NCBI GenBank assembly: GCA_964057225.1
Contig: OZ059898.1
Span: 14,012,001-14,076,000 of the forward strand
DNA length: 64,000 nt
Source: Auanema rhodensis
Taxonomy: Eukaryota; Animalia; Nematoda
Reading direction: 5' to 3'
Below are positions 22,301 through 32,100 of this stretch, one piece after another. The notes beneath the pieces were generated by a model, which made no database searches, was not told the origin of the DNA, and saw only the letters and a list, made by a program, of their open reading frames with translations. The position numbers and the translations under genes were made by a program. The first letter of the stretch is position 1. Each line of letters begins with the position of its first letter.

Positions 22301-25138
22301 GTCGAACATACTATTCCATTAAGAACGGACATGGATATGCCAAGACCAAGAATAACACGTATTCCACTTGGAAAACAAGAAGAAATAGAAAGACAAATCC
22401 TAGAAATGCTTGAACAAGACATTATTGAACCATCTACATCTTTGTTCAATAGCCCTGTAGTATTGGTCAAGAAGAAAGACGATACTTATAGGTTCGTGAC
22501 AGATTTTCGAGCCTTAAATAACGTAACACGCAAGCAAACATATGTAATACCAAGCATTTCGGACATAGTTGACATGGCAGCGGGAGCTAAATTCTTCTCA
22601 AACTTCGACTTAGTATCAGGATTCTTTCAAATATCTTTACGGAAATCAGATCGACGATTAACAGCATTTACTACAACATCAGGAACGTATCAATACAAAC
22701 GTATGCCTATGGGTCTCTGTGGAGCCCCACATACATTTCAAACAGCTGTAAGATACTTGCAAAGTAAATGTTCTTGCAAACTATTTGTCTACCTGGACGA
22801 TCTATTAGTCATATCAGATACAAGAGAACAACATCTCAAAGACATCGACGAATTATTGCACGCAGTAGAAAAATTAGGAATGAAAATAAAGCTCAAGAAA
22901 TGCGCTTTTGCACAACCAGAAGTGAAATTCTTAGGACTAATAGTTGGACGACAAGGAATGAAGCCAGATCCTCAAAAGGTCGCGGCTATACAGGACTATC
23001 CTGCACCTAAGAACGCAACAGGAGTACGCGCTTTCTTAGGAATGGTTGGATTCTTTCGAAAATTTATAAAAGATTTTGCACGGATCGCAAGTCCTTTATA
23101 CGACTTAACAAAGGCAGAGACTGAATTTATATGGAATAAAGAACATCAAGAAGCTATAGATCTCCTAAAAAGAAGTCTTATACAGGCACCCGTGTTAAGC
23201 CCACCAAAATCAGATCGCTTATTTATCATTGAAAGCGACGGGAGTAACATTGCCATAGGTGCCGTATTACTACAACCAGAAGATCCAAGACAACCTCTAA
23301 AGAATCTACATCCAATCGCATTTGCAAGCAGAAAATTAGTAAAAGCAGAAAGGAATTATGCGCCTATAGAAATAGAAGCGCTAGGCCTAGTGTACGCGCT
23401 AAATCAGTTTCGAACATATATTCTTGGAACACATACAATATGCATTACGGACCATCGACCTCTTACTAGCTTACTAACGCGAAGAGACTTATTTGGACGA
23501 CTCGCGAAATTTCAGCTAGTAATCCAAGAATACGATATCGAGATAAGATATAGAGAAGGCCAATTGAACAAAGTATGCGATGCTTTATCCCGATACATAG
23601 GAGAAGAAGCCAACGACGCAAGGCCTGAGACGAAGAAGAAGAAGAAAAAGGAAGAAATTCACATAAATGCCATAAATACACCAACAATAAAGGAGCTTCA
23701 ACTAAACACCCCTTGGATTAAAAGAACGATAGCGGAGATAGAATATAGAGCACAAAAGAATATGACAGCAAACGATAGATACTGCGTTATAAACGATTTG
23801 CTCTATACAAGACCAACAGACAAAAAGCCTCATCCTGCAATCGTTATACCACAAGACCATCCAATAACGGACGAAATTATCAAATTATTTCACGAAGATC
23901 CCACCATAGCAGCACATCAAGGAATAAATAAGACAAAGGAAGCAATATTAAGAAGATTTTATTGGACAAACATGCAGAATGACATCACAATGTTTATCAA
24001 AAACTGCATAAAATGTGCGCAAAGAAAGAAGGATCCCCATTCTATGACAGTTCAACCAATCGGACAATTTGAAATACCAAGTAAACCATTCGAACGGGTT
24101 CACATGGATATTATGGGACCATTCCCTCCCACACGAAGAAATTGCACCCATGTAATTACCATACAAGACTCATTCACTAAGTGGGCGACAACAATAGCAG
24201 TTCCGTGTATTACAACAGAAATTACCATCGACAGATTTCTAAGGAATTTTGTATACATTTATGGACCTCCCCAGCGACTGATCACCGACCGAGGATCCAA
24301 TTTTGTATCAAAAAAGTTCGAAGAAATGTGTAAAATGGTTGGAATAATACATGAACCTACCCTTCCTCATCAAAAGAACTCTAACGGTCAAGTCGAAAGA
24401 CTACATAGAACGTTAGAGGAAGGGTTAACACACTATATGAAAGAAGACCTAAGCGAATGGGATACCATTTTACCCAAGATTACTTTCGCGATCAACAATA
24501 TTCAGCACGCTACAACCGGAATTGCACCATATGTAGCACTATTCGGAAAAGAAGGCAGAATGATACTCGATGCCGAATTACCAGACACCATACGGAGAAT
24601 ACAGGAAATTTCTGATGAACTACTAGCAAGAAAGCCACAAATGATGAAAAGAAACCAAATAATTCATGACCGAATAGCGCAGAATCAAGAAAATGCAAAG
24701 AAAAAGAAGGACCAAACACAAAGAACGCGCGACAGAAATATACAACCAGGAGATATGGTCATGACCACTATAAAATCACATCAAATTGGTCAGAAACTAC
24801 GAAAAAGCTACGATGGACCCTTCGAAGTCATCAATGTCGAAGGATCTAAGGTCCAAATAAGGAATGGAGCAGGAAAAATTCAAGACATTCATAAAGACAA
24901 CCTCAAATTATTCTCTAATTCGGAACAAGACAGCGCTTACAATACCAGAGCGAGCAAATGGAAACAACAAGCCGAGGAAGAAGACGACAGCGATATTGAG
25001 GTCATCGAAGTAATAAAAGGGAACAAGGGAAGCGACTCAGAAACAGAACCAGAATCAGAAATGGAGGATGGAAACGAACTATGGTTACCGACTAATACGA
25101 ACCGACAGAGAATAAAAAAAGTAAAATATTATAATTGA
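16322..25138 (+). CDS. Gag-Env-Pol polyprotein (2938 aa from GTG; first in-frame ATG at 17330)
   Basis: Capsid-like PIYDGS...FLRGL region; N/Q/R/G-rich segment; signal peptide 18251-18325; Cys-rich ectodomain; furin site RTKR 19106-19117; gB-like block 20474-20767; TM 21143-21205; protease LWDSGS (21470); RT YLDD (22790); RNase H ESDGS/TDHRPL/DALSR; integrase H-H-CxxC, MDIMGP, TDRGSNF, NGQVER, GPF. Confidence 0.96.
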   Translation: MAKRFASAFSALHPSDSNSDATVASRTRSRTRLLSVQIEESNQPDEKPKPQLDKFYTPREGTYSPSDDTDEDPDFIIADGNAQTPTTNPKVRSFNTNKNRKIQKENPTTVSASPVNSDPNTLSAITDNTLSPSIELTQSPQAYSATTDLRNSSNQELTEANTSQSPLSAITDKLKKNISNKRKTSTPRKRTKVTTEAEAPSAEASEVSPLSLTTDKYKNKRSLTARLIKILNLSPGDKATTPNTVRPRFASHNSYLNKSDSAILSSQSTPITPPQASGRVIKVQKARSTTAVPVISSSIDSETGGSSETRRNTYPEASISEVITSPITHPKGISSEMTETPRLPGAGKSTIAQALSSPYCPIYDGSRNFRDFVAKFNTFSNALGLVMPERLTILPLLLKNERAEEAYTQLANEIKTAGPWITLIEELTSKLCPEYNQDPALITLQNSTQGDLSVDGFAQTLRNLSLNAFSQSDPHKDHILRSTFLRGLKNSIRPGVIRAKPKTFSEAIDNARWEESIANQVADPQALLVNAIERTFPQRRDPGRRGNGRGYQSFNNKNYQNYQNYQNSSNYQKPQNYQNSFARNRNFGNRGRNFSNQPNSNWYQRNNTLSRNQEINDNRQRLNNPFRGNNNNRGRGRGSRVNNLTLISPLTLAVALSVILSLITTVEAYQLCTKATGGALLIPPSLRKCSIPSTKHVLRTRIHLYTRNQTAHEWDAWRCSKEVHKICIRDLLFLRDYNSTVDRIEKIPAAECRLAVRDRKWSSEELKKLDSITYATNEPTFSPGRSLNNEQCEEKPRLVLERGVMTRMPDDTVISNLILNTEGCLSHHGECASNTSIIIWDKQPYENRCNYIDMSEYDAIIGDSIILIPTTQSALVIENKKVPKEISSCFQQPIFHTTTGNYILFPKFPNDINIHELIEREFKKLPPKRTKRAIAECKVEMNKEWIQQQEDFETIILNICPYPFLRPVMSNPGISQIIPLMRSRQIADPSYSVVDWISAHPEKFYFFLRNPVSDKSIQRFFKIYELRNPEEAILFFLAQKELAATTRGAIRYLTSLQLLEQIGDRLSAEEFDEKLLKKDGSYRERAEIIALELAFTPVVFENNLSVPSKQEVLKAFVNMPPTRPSLTTDSEEERRVLENTLDLYHNIIKLRVARPNRTIAAKDDERFRHLPVPATKLPDIHTLYHDIENNFGIPVGPHPRIQNPSKDTRELLIRTFLPLLEDTRKPPYLSRRLPITTTQMTPLSGPPETIYKEPTKSQTTYAPQPVTKTATLVQQTTRFDETTETTTTHATSTMLYALYTEKTPSTMTPISETTLRSLRKQRTSSPPIETKAIQAQSNYIASKVNNEMQTNQNTSRKIAQDHLQYATTIVQEELQRHFVESFESICEIQNRYLELWRSILQIEPTIAMRTILGRDDIAARFVGSEIVHVHICLPLKPKTVHYSHKINETCYLETPVTTEENKLYFAAPGSKDLLTHGKEINCDHVPTDVYSKDGEWMNVNGSVEVNPISLLDGAHHHQITPLKFTGAHLYTNLSSRIYSMTTAIAYGASLASIRQNHVLHTIHNDPQITSTFNLLKRGSDYISKAKEFTSTAWNSVIDSLIGSIEKTLIFIGSVVIIIALTIIVIVIAKLYFCKTMPLPIMHIQGMDHEPPGYEETLELVSRADQPMPESIMKQYYPALVTFIPLAMPFISSIRATETKLPLIYISVEDKLILALWDSGSSVSYVRLSTLKYLNMAQHIKKRRLVAMAANKSTFTLYGKIELIIEIAGYEIEHTFLVSSDNDCPAPALIGLDFMKTLDSENIDVSLKPSKKTLEIGNHALPLIEQEVIKQKSITVNIINLKRRILQPEEEAPIPIKTDRPLEQNEVVVLGDNGSALATSYPTAFRDTCGVYVIFRNNTDKTIEIEPNSVIGQANIGEIQSWQSIKNEPTTPYIPPEADWENKLPHFPRDFMKDLNLEKADLTKEDKQELTKIIEQHREAFLNEDRKIGLFKGPVEHTIPLRTDMDMPRPRITRIPLGKQEEIERQILEMLEQDIIEPSTSLFNSPVVLVKKKDDTYRFVTDFRALNNVTRKQTYVIPSISDIVDMAAGAKFFSNFDLVSGFFQISLRKSDRRLTAFTTTSGTYQYKRMPMGLCGAPHTFQTAVRYLQSKCSCKLFVYLDDLLVISDTREQHLKDIDELLHAVEKLGMKIKLKKCAFAQPEVKFLGLIVGRQGMKPDPQKVAAIQDYPAPKNATGVRAFLGMVGFFRKFIKDFARIASPLYDLTKAETEFIWNKEHQEAIDLLKRSLIQAPVLSPPKSDRLFIIESDGSNIAIGAVLLQPEDPRQPLKNLHPIAFASRKLVKAERNYAPIEIEALGLVYALNQFRTYILGTHTICITDHRPLTSLLTRRDLFGRLAKFQLVIQEYDIEIRYREGQLNKVCDALSRYIGEEANDARPETKKKKKKEEIHINAINTPTIKELQLNTPWIKRTIAEIEYRAQKNMTANDRYCVINDLLYTRPTDKKPHPAIVIPQDHPITDEIIKLFHEDPTIAAHQGINKTKEAILRRFYWTNMQNDITMFIKNCIKCAQRKKDPHSMTVQPIGQFEIPSKPFERVHMDIMGPFPPTRRNCTHVITIQDSFTKWATTIAVPCITTEITIDRFLRNFVYIYGPPQRLITDRGSNFVSKKFEEMCKMVGIIHEPTLPHQKNSNGQVERLHRTLEEGLTHYMKEDLSEWDTILPKITFAINNIQHATTGIAPYVALFGKEGRMILDAELPDTIRRIQEISDELLARKPQMMKRNQIIHDRIAQNQENAKKKKDQTQRTRDRNIQPGDMVMTTIKSHQIGQKLRKSYDGPFEVINVEGSKVQIRNGAGKIQDIHKDNLKLFSNSEQDSAYNTRASKWKQQAEEEDDSDIEVIEVIKGNKGSDSETEPESEMEDGNELWLPTNTNRQRIKKVKYYN
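18251..21280 (+). other. Envelope glycoprotein region within the polyprotein (class III fusogen-like, herpesvirus gB/chuvirus G type)
   Basis: Hydrophobic LTLAVALSVILSLITTVEA|YQLC signal; CEIQNRYLELWRSILQIEPTIAMRTILGRDDIAARFVGSEIVHVHICLPL...CYLETPV parallels HSV gB [45 protein letters not shown]...CYSRPLV (recalled); N-glycosylation sequons; single C-terminal TM. Confidence 0.82.
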
Positions 25139-25756
25139 TAACGATGAATTAGAAATTTCTTTGCAAGACATTAGAAATAGGCATCAAAAGAAGAGATTTC
25201 AAAAAATAATAAACTTATGATGATATTAATTAATACTAAGACCAAAGCCGTAAAACTATGCTGATTACAGAGATTTGAAACTTGTGAAAAAAAAAATAAT
25301 ATAATAAATAAATAAATCAATAAAATGAAAAGCTCTACATGCCTCCCCATGATAGATGAGACGAACACTGACAGGCATATAGACCACATGTCAACTGAGT
25401 GGTAGCCGCCATTAGTACTCGAGGATTCGCTCTGGGAGACAGGTAGAGACAGAGAAAAATAGAAATCAATACCTCTACCACAGCTAGTATACGAGTTAGC
25501 AGTTGCAAGTATTAGTACAATGACCAAACTATACAAAAGCGATATACAAAAAAAAAAAAAAAAAATCTCTACTTATGATGACTATATGAAACAAACATAT
25601 GAACTAAATATAAAAATTCTAATTCTTCGTTACCAAAAATTACGTATTTCATATTATTGTGTTAAAATTTTTTTTTCTCTCCAAACTGTAAAACACAACT
25701 ACATACCAACTCAAAAACTTTTTGGTTAAAATTCGCGAGGACGCGAAAAATCTTTT

Positions 25757-25765
25757 GAAAAAGGG
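25757..25765 (+). promoter_or_regulatory. Polypurine tract
   Basis: GAAAAAGGG followed by CA and the 3' LTR; same motif in family B (58800-58808). Confidence 0.85.
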
Positions 25766-25767
25766 CA

Positions 25768-26132
25768 CGTTCCATGCGGACGCCTAGTGTATGTAGTTAG
25801 TGGGTTAGAGTTAGACTGACTAGAGGACTGAGGAATAGCTCCGCCTTACCTCGGTTCTCTAACCAGGAGTTCGCCTCTTAGCAAGCCCATGGACGGTTTG
25901 TATCTAGTTTAGTTTATCTTGTACATTAGTCATTGTCTTGTAAATGTAGTCTACTCCATTCTTGTATTATTGTAGTGTAATGTTGTTGTATCGTGTATAA
26001 AAAATCTATCCTTTTCCTTATCTTATGATATCCTTATGCTCTGTTTTCATACGCTACACTTATGGAATACTATCCGCGTAGTTGAGCAGACTACAATGGT
26101 CTGTTCAGTATACGCAGGAGCATAATGGAACG
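25768..26132 (+). repeat. 3' LTR, family A copy 1
   Basis: Same as the 5' LTR except T>A at 26001; followed by TSD GTAT. Confidence 0.96.
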
Positions 26133-29100
26133 GTATTTTCAAGATCTTTGCAACATATAGCAAAACGTCAAACCATTCTTAAAAAATGAAAAATGTATGC
26201 CTTCGGGGGGAATCGAACCTCCGACGAATGCTTGGAAGGCATCCATGCTGACCATTACACCACGAACGCTACGATGGCTCTTGAACTATTAGATTAGATG
26301 AGTTGACACATCTTTGACTTCATATATAATTACAGAATGAAAAGCAGAAACATATTTTTTTCAAACGTTTCACATCAAAAAATCAAAAATGGACAAGCTC
26401 AAGTATTTTCAAAATCTTTGCAACATATTGCAATCAAATCGTTCAGAAAAAATGAAAAATGTGTGCGTTCGGGGGGAATCGAACCCCCGTCGAATGCTTG
26501 GAAGGCATCCATGCTGACCATTACACCACGAACGCTACAATAGGTTGTGAACTATTAGATTAGATGAGTTGACACATCTTTGACTTCATTGATAATTACG
26601 AATGAAAAGCAGTAACATATTTTTTTCAAACGTTTCACATCAAAAAATCAAAAATGGACAAGCTCAAGTATTTTCAAAATCTTTGCAACATATTGCAATC
26701 AAATCGTTCAGAAAAAATGAAAAATGTGTGCGTTCGAGGGGAATCGAACCCCCGTCGAATGCTTGGAAGGCATCCATGCTGACCATTACACCACGAACGC
26801 TACAATAGGTTGTGAACTATTAGATTAGATGAGTTGACACATCTTTGACTTCATATATAATTACGAATGAAAAGCAGTAACATATTTTTTTCAAACGTTT
26901 CACATCAAAAATTCAAAAATGGACAAGCTCAAGTATTTTCAAAATCTTTGCAACATATAGCAAAACGTCAAACCATTCTTAAAAAATGAAAAATGTATGC
27001 CTTCGGGGGGAATCGAACCTCCGTCGAATGCTTGGAAGGCATCCATGCTGACCATTACACCACGAACGCTACGATGGCTCTTGAACTATTAGATTAGATG
27101 ACTTGACACATCTTTGACTTCATATATAATTACAGAATGAAAAGCAGAAACATATTTTTTTCAAACGTTTCACATCAAAAAATCAAAAATGGACAAGCTC
27201 AAGTATTTTCAAAATCTTTGCAACATATTGCAATCAAATCATTCACAAAAAATGAAAAATGTATGCGTTCGGGGGGAATCGAACCCCCGTCGAATGCTTG
27301 GAAGGCATCCATGCTGACCATTACACCACGAACGCTACAATAGGTTGTGAACTATTAGATTAGATGAGTTGACACATCTTTGACTTCATATATAATTACG
27401 AATGAAAAGCAGTAACATATTTTTTTCAAACGTTTCACATCAAAAATTCAAAAATGGACAAGCTCAAGTATTTTCAAAATCTTTGCAACATATTGCAATC
27501 AAATCGTTCAGAAAAAATGAAAAATGTGTGCGTTCGGGGGGAATCGAACCCCCGTCGAATGCTTGGAAGGCATCCATGCTGACCATTACACCACGAACGC
27601 TACAATAGGTTGTGAACTATTAGATTAGATGAGTTGACACATCTTTGACTTCATATATAATTACGAATGAAAAGCAGTAACATATTTTTTTCAAACGTTT
27701 CACATCAAAAATTCAAAAATGGACAAGCTCAAGTATTTTCAAAATCTTTGCAACATATTGCAATCAAATCATTCACAAAAAATGAAAAATGTATGCGTTC
27801 GGGGGGAATCGAACCCCCGTCGAATGCTTGGAAGGCATCCATGCTGACCATTACACCACGAACGCTACGATGGCTCTTGAACTATTAGATTAGATGAGTT
27901 GACACATCTTTGACTTCATTGATAATTACGAATGAAAAGCAGTAACATATTTTTTTCAAACGTTTCACATCAAAAAATCAAAAATGGACAAGCTCAAGTA
28001 TTTTCAAAATCTTTGCAACATATTGCAATCAAATCATTCACAAAAAATGAAAAATGTATGCGTTCGGGGGGAATCGAACCCCCGTCGAATGCTTGGAAGG
28101 CATCCATGCTGACCATTACACCATGAACGCTACGATGGCTCTTGATCTATTAGATTAGATGAGTTGACACATCTTTGACTTCATTGATAATTACGAATGA
28201 AAAGCAGTAACATATTTTTTTCAAACGTTTCACATCAAAAATTCAAAAATGGACAAGCTCAAGTATTTTCAAAATCTTTGCAACATATTGCAATCAAATC
28301 ATTCACAAAAAATGAAAAATGTATGCGTTCGGGGGGAATCGAACCCCCGTCGAATGCTTGGAAGGCATCCATGCTGACCATTACACCACGAACGCTACGA
28401 TGGCTCTTGAACTATTAGATTAGATGAGTTGACACATCTTTGACTTCATTGATAATTACGAATGAAAAGCAGTAACATATTTTTTTCAAACGTTTCACAT
28501 CAAAAAATCAAAAATGGACAAGCTCAAGTATTTTCAAAATCTTTGCAACATATTGCAATCAAATCGTTCAGAAAAAATGAAAAATGTGTGCGTTCGGAGG
28601 GAATCGAACCCCCGTCGAATGCTTGGAAGGCATCCATGCTGACCATTACACCACGAACGCTACAATAGGTTGTGAACTATTAGATTAGATGAGTTGACAC
28701 ATCTTTGACTTCATATATACATACGAATGAAAAGCAGTAACATATTTTTTTCGAACGTTTCACATCAAAAATTCAAAAATGGACAAGCTCAAGTACTTTC
28801 AAAATCTTTGCAACATATTGCAAAACGTCAAATCATTCAGCAAAAATGAAAAATGTATGCGTTCGGGGGGAATCGAACCCCCGTCGAATGCTTGGAAGGC
28901 ATCCATGCTGACCATTACACCACGAACGCTACGATGGCTCTTGAACTATTAGATTAGATGAGTTGACACATATTTGACTTCATTGATAATTACGAATGAA
29001 AAGCAGTAACATATTTTTTTCAAACGTTTCACATCAAAAATTCAAAAATGGACAAGCTCAAGTATTTTCAAAATCTTTGCAACATATTGCAATCAAATCG

Positions 29101-32100
29101 TTCAGAAAAAATGAAAAATGTGTGCGTTCGGGGGGAATCGAACCCCCGTCGAATGCTTGGAAGGCATCCATGCTGACCATTACACCACGAACGCTACAAT
29201 AGGTTGTGAACTATTAGATTAGATGAGTTGACACATCTTTGACTTCATATATAATTACGAATGAAAAGCAGTAACATATTTTTTTCAAACGTTTCACATC
29301 AAAAATTCAAAAATGGACAAGCTCAAGTACTTTCAAAATCTTTGCAACATATTGCAAAACGTCAAACCATTCTTAAAAAATGAAAAATGTATGCGTTCGG
29401 GGGGAATCGAACCCCCGTCGAATGCTTGGAAGGCATCCATGCTGACCATTACACCACGAACGCTACGATGGCTCTTGAACTATTAGATTAGATGAGTTGA
29501 CACATCTTTGACTTCATTGATAATTACGAATGAAAAGCAGTAACATATTTCTTTAAAGGTTTCACGTAAAAAGTTAAAAAATGGACAAGCTAAAGTACTT
29601 TCAAAATCTTTGCAACATATTGCAAAACGTCAAATCATTCAGCAAAAATGAAAAATGTATGCGTTCGGGGGGAATCGAACCCCCGTCGAATGCTTGGAAG
29701 GCATCCATGCTGACCATTACACCACGAACGCTACGATGGCTCTTGAACTATTAGATTAGATGAGTTGACACATCTTTGACTTCATTGATAATTACGAATG
29801 AAAAGCAGTAACATATTTTTTTCAAACGTTTCACATCGAAAATTCAAAAATGGACAAGCTCAAGTACTTTCAAAATCTTTGCAACATATTGCAAAACGTC
29901 AAACCATTCTTAAAAAATGAAAAATGTATGCGTTCGGGGGAAATCGAACCCCCGTCGAATGCTTGGAAGGCATCCATGCTGACCATTACACCACGAACGC
30001 TACGATGGCTCTTGAACTATTTGATTAGATGAGTTGACACATCTTTGACTTCATATATAATTACGAATGAAAAGCAGTAACATATTTTTTTCAAACGTTT
30101 CACATCAAAAAATCAAAAATGGACAAGCTCAAGTATTTTCAAAATCTTTGCAACATATTGCAAAACGTCAAACCATTCTTAAAAAATGAAAAATGTATGC
30201 GTTCGGGGGAAATCGAACCCCCGTCGAATGCTTGGAAGGCATCCATGCTGACCATTACACCACGAACGCTACAATAGGTTGTGAACTATTAGATTAGATG
30301 AGTTGACACATCTTTGACTTCATATATAATTACGAATGAAAAGCAGAAACATATTTTTTTCAAACGTTTCACATCAAAAATTCAAAAATGGACAAGCTCA
30401 AGTATTTTCAAAATCTTTGCAACATATTGCAATCAAATCATTCACAAAAAATGAAAAATGTATGCGTTCGGGGGGAATCAAACCCCCGTCGAATGCTTGG
30501 AAGGCATCCATGCTGACCATTACACCACGAACGCTACAATAGGTTGTGAACTATTAGATTAGATGAGTTGACACATCTTTGACTTCATTGATAATTACGA
30601 ATGAAAAGCAGTAACATATTTTTTTCAAACGTTTCACATCGAAAATTCAAAAATGGACAAGCTCAAGTACTTTCAAAATCTTTGCAACATATTGCAAAAC
30701 GTCAAACCATTCTTAAAAAATGAAAAATGTATGCGTTCGGGGGAAATCGAACCCCCGTCGAATGCTTGGAAGGCATCCATGCTGACCATTACACCACGAA
30801 CGCTACGATGGCTCTTGAACTATTTGATTAGATGAGTTGACACATCTTTGACTTCATATATAATTACGAATGAAAAGCAGTAACATATTTTTTTCAAACG
30901 TTTCACATCAAAAAATCAAAAATGGACAAGCTCAAGTATTTTCAAAATCTTTGCAACATATTGCAAAACGTCAAACCATTCTTAAAAAATGAAAAATGTA
31001 TGCGTTCGGGGGAAATCGAACCCCCGTCGAATGCTTGGAAGGCATCCATGCTGACCATTACACCACGAACGCTACAATAGGTTGTGAACTATTAGATTAG
31101 ATGAGTTGACACATCTTTGACTTCATATATAATTACGAATGAAAAGCAGAAACATATTTTTTTCAAACGTTTCACATCAAAAATTCAAAAATGGACAAGC
31201 TCAAGTATTTTCAAAATCTTTGCAACATATTGCAATCAAATCATTCACAAAAAATGAAAAATGTATGCGTTCGGGGGGAATCAAACCCCCGTCGAATGCT
31301 TGGAAGGCATCCATGCTGACCATTACACCACGAACGCTACGATGGCTCTTGAACTATTAGATTAGATGAGTTGACACATCTTTGACTTCATTGATAATTA
31401 CGAATGAAAAGCAGTAACATATTTTTTTCAAACGTTTCACATCAAAAAATCAAAAATGAACAAGCTCAAGTATTTTCAAAATCTTTGCAACATATTGCAA
31501 TCAAATCATTCACAAAAAATGAAAAATGTATGCGTTCGGGGGAAATCGAACCCCCGTCGAATGCTTGGAAGGCATCCATGCTGACCATTACACCACGAAC
31601 GCTACGATGGCTCTTGAACTATTTGATTAGATGAGTTGACACATCTTTGACTTCATTGATAATTACGAATGAAAAGCAGTAACATATTTTTTTCAAACGT
31701 TTCACATCAAAAATTCAAAAATGGACAAGCTCAAGTACTTTCAAAATCTTTGCAACATATTGCAAAACGTCAAACCATTCTTAAAAAATGAAAAATGTAT
31801 GCGTTCGGGGGGAATCGAACCCCCGTCGAATGCTTGGAAGGCATCCATGCTGACCATTACACCACGAACGCTACGATGGCTCTTGAACTATTAGATTAGA
31901 TGAGTTGACACATCTTTGACTTCATTGATAATTACGAATGAAAAGCAGAAACATATTTTTTCAACGTTTCACATCAAAAATTCAAAAATGGACAAGCTCA
32001 AGTATTTTCAAAATCTTTGCAACATATTGCAATCAAATCGTTCACAAAAAATGAAAAATGTATGCGTTCGGGGGGAATCGAACCCCCGTCGAATGCTTGG

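Larger units (their letters stand above)
14618..26132 (+). mobile_element. Full-length Ty3/gypsy (Metaviridae-like) LTR element with envelope glycoprotein, family A, copy 1
   Basis: 365 bp LTRs (one mismatch seen), 4 bp TSD GTAT, PBS, PPT, uninterrupted polyprotein with PR-RT-RH-IN order. Confidence 0.97.

Noticed and set aside
16783-25536. Antisense and alternative-frame ORFs within and just after the polyprotein
   Set aside because: Short, without recognisable motifs, and expected as shadows of a long A-rich coding strand
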